The notes under the pieces: model-generated
Told to the model about the DNA's origin: nothing
The model's input: only the letters and a program-made list of their open reading frames with translations
Databases searched by the model: none
In this document: piece by piece, positions 1 to 7,967 of the stretch
How positions within the stretch are numbered: the first letter of the stretch is position 1
How the letters are laid out: every line of letters starts with the position of its first letter
NCBI GenBank assembly: GCA_016213405.1
Contig: JACRAM010000006.1
Coordinates: 29,731-93,730, forward strand
Length of the DNA stretch: 64,000 nt
Origin: Bacteroidota bacterium
GTDB lineage: Bacteria; Bacteroidota; Bacteroidia; Palsa-948
Direction of reading: 5' to 3'
Position numbers and translations under genes: made by a program

Positions 1-508
1 CGCCTGTTGTACAATAATTCCGGATGGCAGTAGCTATTATTGAAGTATCATTTACGGGCAATCCCTGTGTGCTGAGATATAAAAGCTGGTGTGTGTTGCC
101 GGCAGCCACCGCCACAGTAGGCATTCCGAAAGAACCGTAATACGCCACCTGTGCCGCACCCGAATCAAACGGAACAGAAGAAAACCCGTTCGTTGCCACC
201 CATGTATTAATATCATGACAGAGTTCAGCGTTATTAAAAGCTGTTTGAAAGTAGCGCACATTGTTTCCGCAAGTGGGTTTCAGATTCTGATACATTACTT
301 CCAGCACACTACCCGCATCCACACAGGACTGGCAGTTGTTCATCCAGAATTCCATGATGATGGCATTGCCTGAATCAAGTTCGCTGTAAAGAGTATGAAC
401 CTGCCCGTTGCAATCCGTCATGGAGAAATCCATAGCGGTGGTTGGCTGGGCATTTGAAAGAACCGAATTCAAGGAGAACAGTAATATGTATAAACCGGTT
501 TTTTGCAT
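1..508 (-). CDS. Thioredoxin-fold (TlpA/redoxin-like) secreted protein, 3' part runs off window start
   Basis: Minus-strand frame from ATG at 508 reads MQKTGLYILLFSLNSVLSNAQ... (signal-peptide-like) then ...IMEFWMNNCQSCVDAG... with a CxxC motif. Open to position 1, no stop seen, so it is absent from the complete-ORF track. Listed ORFs 52..261 and 375..614 are other frames of the same DNA. Confidence 0.5.
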   Translation of the reverse strand, partial: MQKTGLYILLFSLNSVLSNAQPTTAMDFSMTDCNGQVHTLYSELDSGNAIIMEFWMNNCQSCVDAGSVLEVMYQNLKPTCGNNVRYFQTAFNNAELCHDINTWVATNGFSSVPFDSGAAQVAYYGSFGMPTVAVAAGNTHQLLYLSTQGLPVNDTSIIATAIRNYCTTG

Positions 509-689
509 TTGTGTTTATTAGAGGAAACAAATGTACTTTATTTATTTCTTTTCTCAAAATTGCGATTAGTCCGGCACTTGCGGAAACGCATTTTATCATA
601 CGCACGCTGCTCACCTTTTTCGTTTCAACATTTTTCTATATTTACGCCCCGAACTTAAAACATACTATTAATTCTTAAACTTTTTTACA

Positions 690-1628
690 ATGAAAATAAC
701 TGTGGTTGGAGCCGGAAACGTAGGAGCAACCTGCGCTGACGTTATCGCTCAAAGAGATTATGCCAACGAAGTTTGGCTATTGGACATCAAACCAAATTTT
801 GCCGAAGGAAAAGCCCTCGACATCTGGCAGGCGGCTCCCATTCATCTGTATGATTCGCGTGTGAAGGGAAGCACAAATGATTATTCCAAGACAGCGAACT
901 CGGATATTGTTATCATCACATCAGGTCTTCCGCGCAAACCGGGCATGAGCCGCGATGATTTGATTTCTACCAACGCGGGCATTGTGAAATCGGTTACCGA
1001 AAATATTCTGAAGTATTCTCCCAACACCATTCTCATCATTGTGAGCAATCCGCTGGATGTAATGACGTATTGCGCTTATCTCACCGCGAAAAAACCTTCT
1101 TCAAAAGTTTTCGGAATGGCAGGAATTTTAGATACAGCCCGCTTCCGCGCTTTCCTTGCTACGGAATTAGATTGCTCACCCAAAGATATTCAGGCGGTGC
1201 TCATGGGCGGGCATGGCGATACCATGGTTCCGCTGCCGCGCTACACTACCGTTAGCGGAATTCCGGTCACCGAACTTATCGCGAAAGATAAATTAGATGC
1301 CATCATTGACCGCACTAAAAAAGGCGGTGGAGAAATTGTAAACCTTCTTGGCACTTCTGCCTGGTATGCACCGGGCGCTGCTGCCGCTCAAATGGCAGAA
1401 GCCATTGCGCTTGACCAGAAACGGATTTTCCCGGTGTGCGCGCTGCTCAACGGAGAATACGGAATGAAAGACATTTATCTGGGCGTTCCTGTTAAACTCG
1501 GTAAGAACGGTATTGAGCAGATCATCGAACTCAAACTGAATGCCGAAGAGAAAAAATTGTTGGATGATTCAGCAAAAGCCGTGAAGGAAGTGATGGGCGT
1601 GCTGGATAATATGAAAGTAACTGCCTGA
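690..1628 (+). CDS. mdh: Malate dehydrogenase (LDH-like MDH family)
   Basis: MKITVVGAGNVGATCADVIAQRDYANEVWLLDI... Rossmann GxGxxG plus the conserved MDH/LDH core; 312 aa. Confidence 0.9.
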   Translation: MKITVVGAGNVGATCADVIAQRDYANEVWLLDIKPNFAEGKALDIWQAAPIHLYDSRVKGSTNDYSKTANSDIVIITSGLPRKPGMSRDDLISTNAGIVKSVTENILKYSPNTILIIVSNPLDVMTYCAYLTAKKPSSKVFGMAGILDTARFRAFLATELDCSPKDIQAVLMGGHGDTMVPLPRYTTVSGIPVTELIAKDKLDAIIDRTKKGGGEIVNLLGTSAWYAPGAAAAQMAEAIALDQKRIFPVCALLNGEYGMKDIYLGVPVKLGKNGIEQIIELKLNAEEKKLLDDSAKAVKEVMGVLDNMKVTA

Positions 1629-1640
1629 CAGCAGTGCCCC

Positions 1641-1783
1641 ATCCCTAAAGGGAGAAAATGAAAGTCCCAAGCATCAAGCCCCAAGTACCAAGTCCAAAGA
1701 AGCAGCCGACATCGGCTTTCCCTTGGAATTTTGGACTTGGAATTTGGAATTTGGGACTTTATTTCCTTTAGGGATTTAGGGCA
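1641..1783. repeat. About 140-bp imperfect palindrome (MITE-like) with terminal inverted repeats ATCCCTAAAGG / CCTTTAGGGAT; interior made of CCAAGT/ACTTGG-type short repeats; central GCCGACATCGGC hairpin
   Basis: Read directly: atccctaaagggagaaaatgaaagtcccaag ... cttgggactttatttcctttagggat. Inner arms ccaagtaccaagtccaaag vs ctttcccttggaattttggacttgg. Lies between the mdh stop and the next gene. Confidence 0.6.
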
Positions 1784-1792
1784 AGACAACAA

Positions 1793-2218
1793 ATGACTAC
1801 TTCCATTCCAATTCAAATCTTAAAACTCGATGATGGCTTTCATCTTCTGATTTCCATCCGTGTAAACGGAAAAGCTGCCAGAGCGCTGATTGACACAGGC
1901 GCATCGCAAACGGTTTTTGATAACACGCGTATTAAACATTTCCTTAAGTCAGAAAAGCTGGAGAAGCACGACAAACTCTCCACCGGGCTGGGCACGAATG
2001 ATATGAAAAGCCATTTAGTGGTGATGGAGAAGATTTCTCTGGGAAAGATTGAAATCAAAAACTATAAAACCGTTGTGATAGATTTGAGCCATGTGAATGC
2101 AGCGTACAAACAGATGAAACAAAAACCCATTGATGGCGTGCTGGGTTCCGACCTCCTCAAAAAATACAAAGCCGTGATTGATTACGGGAAGAAGAAATTA
2201 GTCATTACAAAAATCTGA
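1793..2218 (+). CDS. Retropepsin-like (clan AA) single-domain aspartic protease
   Basis: 141 aa with LIDTGAS (D-T/S-G-A active-site motif) near the N-terminus. The size is typical of the bacterial retropepsin-like family. Confidence 0.65.
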   Translation: MTTSIPIQILKLDDGFHLLISIRVNGKAARALIDTGASQTVFDNTRIKHFLKSEKLEKHDKLSTGLGTNDMKSHLVVMEKISLGKIEIKNYKTVVIDLSHVNAAYKQMKQKPIDGVLGSDLLKKYKAVIDYGKKKLVITKI

Positions 2219-2310
2219 AATATTAATTAAGGTTGAGGTTAAGGTTAAGTTATACTAAAACAACTCGGCTTTCCGAAATCACTACCAATGGTACAGATAA
2301 CGAATCTCTC

Positions 2311-3534
2311 TTACAAAACCCCCTCATCATACGCTTTCTCACCGTGTTCTGATTCATCCAGCCCTTTATCCTCGCCTGTTTCGTTCACCCGCACTTTGGC
2401 AACCCTATTTATCAAAAAGAGCATTGCGTACGTAAACACAAACGCATAGAGGCAGGCGCCCAGCACGGCAATCACCTGATGCATGAAGAAAGTTGAACCA
2501 CCGTGAAGCAAACCGTCAGCGCCAGCGGCATTTACAAACTTTGATGCGAACACTCCGAGAAGAATGGTGCCGAGGCATCCGCCAATTCCGTGAACGCCCC
2601 ACACATCGAGCGCGTCATCCCATCCCATTTTATTTTTAAGATGCACTGCCAGGTAGCAGATACTTCCTGATGCAATGCCGATGGCTACAGCCGCGTTGAG
2701 CGAAACAAATCCTGCCGCGGGAGTGATGGTGGCAAGTCCCGCCACTGCGCCTGTGAGCAGTCCGACAAACTTTGGCTTCTTCACTAATGACCATTCAATG
2801 ACGAGCCATGTGATGGCAGCGAATGAGGCGGCAACATCTGTATTTAGAAAAGCAAGACCCGTAACTGCATTTACATCCAGCGCGCTGCCTGCATTGAATC
2901 CATACCAGCCGAACCAAAGCAAACCGGTTCCGATGGCGATGAGCGGAATACTGTTCGGAACAGATTCTTTGTCTCTTCGTTTTCCAACATATATAACTGA
3001 AGCCAGTGCAGCAAATCCTGCGGTGGCGTGAACCACAATACCTCCTGCGAAATCAAGCACGCCCCATTGCGCGAGCAATCCGCCTCCCCACACCATGTGC
3101 GCGAACGGATAATAAACGAGCAATTGCCAGAGCACAAGAAATACCAAATACGATTTGAAGGTTACACGATTTACAAAAGCTCCTGTGATAAGCGCAGGCG
3201 TGATAATGGCGAACATCATCTGATACGCCATGAAAACAAACTCAGGAATATTTTTGTTTCCGGAAAATGCTGAATTCAGATTTACTCCGCGCATGAACGC
3301 TTTGTCAAAATTTCCGATTAAGCCGCCCATAGCATCACCGCTGAAGCAGAGCGAGTAGCCGCAGATATACCACATGATGGTGGTGATTCCCATCGAAACA
3401 AAACTCTGAATCATGATTCCGAGAATGTTTCGTTTGCCTGCCAATCCTCCGTAGAAGAAAGCAAGTCCGGGTGTCATGAGCATGACGAGACTTGTTGCAA
3501 GAAGCATAAAGCCGGTGGTTCCTGTGTCAAACAT
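2311..3534 (-). CDS. amt: Ammonium transporter (Amt/MEP family)
   Basis: 407-aa polytopic protein with conserved Amt stretches (MFDTGTTGFMLLATSLVMLMTPGLAFFYGG..., ...HGIGGCLGTILLGVFA...). Confidence 0.9.
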   Translation of the reverse strand: MFDTGTTGFMLLATSLVMLMTPGLAFFYGGLAGKRNILGIMIQSFVSMGITTIMWYICGYSLCFSGDAMGGLIGNFDKAFMRGVNLNSAFSGNKNIPEFVFMAYQMMFAIITPALITGAFVNRVTFKSYLVFLVLWQLLVYYPFAHMVWGGGLLAQWGVLDFAGGIVVHATAGFAALASVIYVGKRRDKESVPNSIPLIAIGTGLLWFGWYGFNAGSALDVNAVTGLAFLNTDVAASFAAITWLVIEWSLVKKPKFVGLLTGAVAGLATITPAAGFVSLNAAVAIGIASGSICYLAVHLKNKMGWDDALDVWGVHGIGGCLGTILLGVFASKFVNAAGADGLLHGGSTFFMHQVIAVLGACLYAFVFTYAMLFLINRVAKVRVNETGEDKGLDESEHGEKAYDEGVL

Positions 3535-3551
3535 GGTGATTGAGATTTAGT

Positions 3552-3577
3552 AGCCCATCCCCAACCCTTCCCGAAGA
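3552..3577. repeat. 26-bp GC-rich element AGCCCATCCCCAACCCTTCCCGAAGA (intergenic copy)
   Basis: 25/26 identical to 35472-35497 inside wzt; it lies in the porin-amt spacer within a larger G/C-rich structured tract. Confidence 0.85.
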
Positions 3578-3662
3578 CAACCATAGGTTGCGACCGCAGG
3601 TAGGAGCTTGAGGGCATATTGTTTTTCTCCTTCCCTTTGGGGAGGCAGGGAGGGGCTTTTTT

Positions 3663-4793
3663 TCAAAATGAAACTCCGAAATGAAATAAGATTTCCAAAC
3701 GGCTGTCTTCGTTTTCTTTCCAGCGGAAAATTTCCTGGTTGGCATCCATCTCTATTTGTCTTGCCTCCAGGCGAACATATGAATTGTCTGTGGGTTTGTA
3801 TTCAACGCCTGCGGTGACTCCCCACAATTTCAATCCGGTTTGTTTATTTTGTTTGTCAATAATAATTCCTCCCATGAATCCCTGCGGGTCATTAAAGATT
3901 TCTTCTCTTGTGTAAACTGCAAACTTTTTCTTCAGTTGATATTTCAATCCAAGCACTCCGCTAAACATGGTTGCGTTGTTCTTATTTAATGTGTCTCCGT
4001 TTTCCTGCATGCAGTAATCTCCTCCCAGTTGCATTTTAAGTTTTCCGAACTGGTAATTGAAAAATAAATTATTGTGAAAGCGCAGGTGCGAAATGCTGTC
4101 GGCAGCTGTTGGTGTGTCATCGCCAATGTAATTGCTGTAGCCGATGTTTCCTTTATCTCCAAGCGCATACGTGGCAAGCAACCCGAATGATTTCATGCTG
4201 TTGTTATCCTCATAGATATTATATCCGTTCAGCACATACGCATTAATGGAAAGTTCAGCAGTAGGATTATAATTCAAACGGAAGCCGCTTTCGTAATACG
4301 GTTCATAAAAAGTATTGACAGAAATAGAACTCGCAATGTTTTCTTTGGGAAGAAGCCCTTCTGTTCCGAAATGCGTTCTGAAAAATCCTGCATCGAACCA
4401 GAGCTTTTTGCATAGCCGGACGCCAACATGCGCTTCCATTATATTATTGTATGTGCCCGACCAGGAGCTTAGCGGAATATCGCCAAACTGAAGCGCAACA
4501 ATTCCCCGGATCTTTTCCGCGTCATATTGTGCCGTGAGCATTGCCGTGTTTAATCCAAATCCGCTTCGCGGACAAACGGAAGGGAACTTCTGGAAACTGC
4601 CATCGCCAACGCTGTCGGTATAATAAGCGTAATAAGCGTCAACATATCCGCTGATAATAATTTTAGCAGAATCTTTTTTTGTACTGACGGAATCTTTTTG
4701 CTGAGCGAAGGAAGTTTTACAAATAAAAAATCCTGCAAGGAGAGCAGGGAAAATCCATCTGAATAAAGAAAAATGTTTCATGGGGGAAAACAA
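3663..4793 (-). CDS. Putative outer-membrane porin (beta-barrel) encoded immediately upstream of amt
   Basis: N-terminal signal peptide (MKHFSLFRWIFPALLAGFFICKTSFAQQ). Alternating aromatic/hydrophilic beta-strand pattern ending in ...HFGVSF. Same strand as amt, 128-bp spacer. Confidence 0.5.
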   Translation of the reverse strand: MFSPMKHFSLFRWIFPALLAGFFICKTSFAQQKDSVSTKKDSAKIIISGYVDAYYAYYTDSVGDGSFQKFPSVCPRSGFGLNTAMLTAQYDAEKIRGIVALQFGDIPLSSWSGTYNNIMEAHVGVRLCKKLWFDAGFFRTHFGTEGLLPKENIASSISVNTFYEPYYESGFRLNYNPTAELSINAYVLNGYNIYEDNNSMKSFGLLATYALGDKGNIGYSNYIGDDTPTAADSISHLRFHNNLFFNYQFGKLKMQLGGDYCMQENGDTLNKNNATMFSGVLGLKYQLKKKFAVYTREEIFNDPQGFMGGIIIDKQNKQTGLKLWGVTAGVEYKPTDNSYVRLEARQIEMDANQEIFRWKENEDSRLEILFHFGVSF

Positions 4794-4931
4794 TTTTGTT
4801 TATGCAAACATAAATGAATTTGTTCGTTTAGCTGATCTATTAATAAAAAGATAGCCACATTGGTTTGTGGATAAACCCTGTAGGATAAAGATTTGCCCAA
4901 AGGGATACATCCGCCTGTTTCATGGAGGAAA

Positions 4932-5336
4932 TTATAAAAACCGATCTTTCACACCATCAGATGGAATCATGCACTCGCTTCTTTTTCCCCACCATTTATA
5001 GCGGTTGCGTGCAATCAGGTTGTAACAAAAATTGCGGATGAAAGCGGGCACAATAATGAAAACAAAAGCAAGAGAATAAATTCCTCCCAGATGATATAAT
5101 ATATGAAGCCCTGCGGATGATTGGAGATATACCTTGTTATTATAGATCAGCACTGCGCTTTCTTCTTTTACAGAAACAGCATGCTCTTTCAGTATTTTTT
5201 TTCCCACCTCCGACTGCAAAGTGGTGAAACGGAATTTCTTTTTCTTATCGTGACGAATGATAAAGTTAACCCAGCGGTTGCAGTAATTGCAGATACCGTC
5301 AAAGAGAAGAACAGGATAGAAATGTTCTGACGCCAT
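4932..5336 (-). CDS. Thiol-disulfide oxidoreductase DCC-family (DUF393) protein
   Basis: N-terminal FDGICNYCNRWVNF motif (DxxCxxC) is characteristic of DUF393/DCC proteins; 134 aa. Confidence 0.7.
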   Translation of the reverse strand: MASEHFYPVLLFDGICNYCNRWVNFIIRHDKKKKFRFTTLQSEVGKKILKEHAVSVKEESAVLIYNNKVYLQSSAGLHILYHLGGIYSLAFVFIIVPAFIRNFCYNLIARNRYKWWGKRSECMIPSDGVKDRFL

Positions 5337-5388
5337 TTTTAATTGTAAAAGTTATAACTCCAGTGGCTATAAAAGTACGGTAAGTTAA

Positions 5389-6195
5389 ATGATTCGTAAA
5401 TTCGCTTCTGATTTGTATTATGTAAAAATGTTTTTCTTCATTTCTAAAATATTATCCTTTCTTATTACTCCGGTCATCTGGGTTTTTGTGCTGCTTTTGT
5501 TTTCACTTCTTTCAAAAAATCCTAAAAGGAAAAAACGAAGTTTAATCTGGGCGCTTTGTTTGTTTTACTTTTTCTCCAACTCATTTATTCTCGAAGAAGT
5601 GAACCGGGTATGGGAAGTTCCCGCCACGCATTACAAAGATTTGAAAACCTATGATGCGGGAATTGTGCTTGGAGGAATGCTGGAATATGATATAGATTTT
5701 GACCGGTTGCAGTTTTTCAGAGGAGCTGACAGATTGTTTCAGGCAGTGGAATTATATAAAACAGGCGTCATCAAAAAAATATTTTTTGTTGGCGGAAGCG
5801 GAAGCATTGAGTTTGCCCATATTAAAGAAGGAATGTTTGTGCGCAGGTATTTGCTTACGATAGGAATTCCTGACAAAGACATCTGGATTGAAAATGAATC
5901 GCGCAACACGCATGAGAATGCCATTAACGCAAAAGGGTTTTTAGAAGAGCACCAATATCAGAGCGGAAAATTTTTGCTTATCACTTCTGCCAGCCATATG
6001 CGCAGGGCATTCGGCTGTTTTAATAAAGTTAGAATTAATGTTTCTCCCTATAGCGTTGACCGCAATGCAAGTCCTGTAAGGCGCTACTCATTTGATCATC
6101 TGTTTATTCCTGATGTTGAAACGCTTCTCAAATGGGATGCTCTCATCCATGAATGGATTGGAATGATTGTTTACAAGATGAAAGGTTACGCATAG
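5389..6195 (+). CDS. DUF218 (ElyC/SanA/YdcF-like) membrane-anchored protein
   Basis: N-terminal TM helix, then GIVLGG ... VGGSGS ... ITSASHMRRA, typical of the DUF218 fold. The true start may be the internal Met at about 5431. Confidence 0.6.
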   Translation: MIRKFASDLYYVKMFFFISKILSFLITPVIWVFVLLLFSLLSKNPKRKKRSLIWALCLFYFFSNSFILEEVNRVWEVPATHYKDLKTYDAGIVLGGMLEYDIDFDRLQFFRGADRLFQAVELYKTGVIKKIFFVGGSGSIEFAHIKEGMFVRRYLLTIGIPDKDIWIENESRNTHENAINAKGFLEEHQYQSGKFLLITSASHMRRAFGCFNKVRINVSPYSVDRNASPVRRYSFDHLFIPDVETLLKWDALIHEWIGMIVYKMKGYA

Positions 6196-6225
6196 AACAT
6201 GTAATAGGGGAGAAGGCAGATGGAA

Positions 6226-6252
6226 ATGACTAATGACTAATGACCAATGACT
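6226..6252. repeat. Heptanucleotide tandem repeat (ATGACTA x ~4) at the 3' end of the M1 peptidase gene
   Basis: atgactaatgactaatgaccaatgact read directly. The minus-strand stop codon TAG of the peptidase lies inside the array. Confidence 0.9.
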
Positions 6253-7967
6253 CTCTTTTTCATTTTTTTATTTTCTTCCACACCGTAAAGAAGCATGAAG
6301 TCGTTAAAGGAAATCTGTTTGTAGGTCTGCTTGGAGATGAATGCTTTCTGAATTGTATTGGAGGGCGTTAAACTTTTCTTAACGATTTCGTCCAGCATGA
6401 GTTCAACAGGCATTTTGAAATCTGCTCCAACATTTTTCCACCGATAATAGAAATTCTCGCCTTCCCAGTAATATTCAAACACGGGAGCTTCCCGCTTATA
6501 GAGATATTGATTAAAGAACCAGTTGTAATTTTCATTTGTTTTTTCGTTCACCACAGAAATAAAATCCTTAGAGCTGGTTGTTTTAAGTTTGTATCTGTCG
6601 AAAAAAGTTTTCAGTATGTCAAAAAATACTGCATCATCATTGATGGTTGAGCGGAGCGTGTGAAGCACCCAAGCGCCTTTCTGGTAGCAATCGCTGTTTC
6701 GGTAATCAAAATATCTTCTGTCAACAGGCCCGACAACTGGCCATTTGTTTTTTATGAAGAGGCGGTAGAAAACCAGGTAGTTTAAATAAGCATTTTTTCC
6801 CTGCGTGCTTTCTACATACAATGCTTCGCTGTATGTTGCAAAACCTTCCTGCAGCCACACATCGGAAAAATCAGATGCGGTGATGGCATTTCCCCACCAT
6901 TCATGAGCGCTTTCGTGAAGAATGATGTAGTCAAAATTTCCACCGAAACTGTTTTTATATCCGTGCCCGTAAGCAATAGCGGTTTGGTGCTCCATTCCTT
7001 CATAGGGAGATTCAATCAGTTTGTAACCATCCATATACCATGGGTATTCTCCAAAAGCTTTTTCGTAGAAAGCAATCTGCTCCTTTGCCTGAGGCAAATG
7101 TTTTTTTGCTTTTTCATAATTGTAAGTCAGCACATAATGATTGATGGGCAGAATTTTTCCGGAAGGCATTGTGTAAGTATCTGCGAGAAGGGAAAACTTT
7201 CCGATATAAATACTCACATCATATAAATTGATGGGATAAGAAATTCGCCATTGGTAAGTAACAAGATTTCCATTTTCTTCCTTTCTGATAAAATGCCCGT
7301 TGCTCACGGCTGTTAAATCTTTTGCAACGGTGATATTTACTGCAGCGCTGTCGGGCTCATCGTTGTTCACATCCTTGCAGGTCCACCAAAGAGACGCGCC
7401 TTCGGTTTCGCAGGCAACGCCTATCCAGGGATTTTTTTCTTTATCTTTTTTCCAGACGAATCCTCCCTTCCAGGGTGGTTTTTTTGCAACAAGCGGTGAA
7501 CCTTCGTAATCAATATTGAGTTTGAATATTTCTCCTGTCTTTTGTTTGAATGCGATGAAGATGGCACCGTGCTTGCGGATGTAAGATGTATTTATGAATT
7601 TTGTATCCTTTTCCTGAATGGAATTTAATGTGGCAAATCCGATAGTATTCACCTTCATGTTCTCATACAAATCAATTTGCAATGTGTCAAAATCAGCAAG
7701 AGCAATGGCACTAATAATTACTTTTCCTTTCAGGTATTTTTTCTTTTCGTCAACAGTTACATTCAATTCATAGTAGGTAGCATCAAAGCAATTGCGGTAT
7801 TTAGTGTTTTCCGTTCCTAAAAGTTTTGTGGTTTCTGAAAACTTTGGGTATTTACCTGCGTGCTTGGGAATGTGAACGCTTTTGTGAATGCCTAATAGAG
7901 AGCAGTCAGAGAAAAATAAGAGGCAAGAGGCAAGAGGTAAGAAGTAATATTTGCTCTTCACTGGCAT
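6237..7967 (-). CDS. M1-family zinc metallopeptidase (aminopeptidase N-like) with signal peptide
   Basis: HESAHEWWGN ... WLQEGFATY (HExxH + E zincin signature of M1) and a GAMEN-like region. The signal peptide carries a CCTCTTG x3 repeat; the stop codon is embedded in a GTCATTA x4 repeat. Confidence 0.8.
   Translation of the reverse strand: MPVKSKYYFLPLASCLLFFSDCSLLGIHKSVHIPKHAGKYPKFSETTKLLGTENTKYRNCFDATYYELNVTVDEKKKYLKGKVIISAIALADFDTLQIDLYENMKVNTIGFATLNSIQEKDTKFINTSYIRKHGAIFIAFKQKTGEIFKLNIDYEGSPLVAKKPPWKGGFVWKKDKEKNPWIGVACETEGASLWWTCKDVNNDEPDSAAVNITVAKDLTAVSNGHFIRKEENGNLVTYQWRISYPINLYDVSIYIGKFSLLADTYTMPSGKILPINHYVLTYNYEKAKKHLPQAKEQIAFYEKAFGEYPWYMDGYKLIESPYEGMEHQTAIAYGHGYKNSFGGNFDYIILHESAHEWWGNAITASDFSDVWLQEGFATYSEALYVESTQGKNAYLNYLVFYRLFIKNKWPVVGPVDRRYFDYRNSDCYQKGAWVLHTLRSTINDDAVFFDILKTFFDRYKLKTTSSKDFISVVNEKTNENYNWFFNQYLYKREAPVFEYYWEGENFYYRWKNVGADFKMPVELMLDEIVKKSLTPSNTIQKAFISKQTYKQISFNDFMLLYGVEENKKMKKRVIGH
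7918..7944. repeat. Heptanucleotide tandem repeat (AAGAGGC x ~3.5) inside the signal-peptide coding region of the M1 peptidase
   Basis: aagaggcaagaggcaagaggtaagaag; encodes ...FLPLASCLLF... on the minus strand. Confidence 0.85.

Noticed and set aside
52-614. Track ORFs 52..261(-), 89..373(+), 375..614(-), 442..678(+) near the window start
   Set aside because: They are alternative frames of the same DNA. The coherent product, a signal peptide plus a CxxC thioredoxin-like region, is in the minus frame starting at 508 and running off the window. These short ORFs lack any motif.
1070-1255. Numerous 60-150-aa ORFs lying inside or antisense to long well-supported genes (e.g. 1070..1255, 2675..3137, 8363..9442, 10942..11449, 38983..40263, 43043..43728, 47933..49117, 54144..54714, 55554..56654)
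   Set aside because: They overlap confidently assigned CDSs on the other strand or frame, have low-complexity or stop-proximal composition, and show no motifs. They are treated as frame artefacts.
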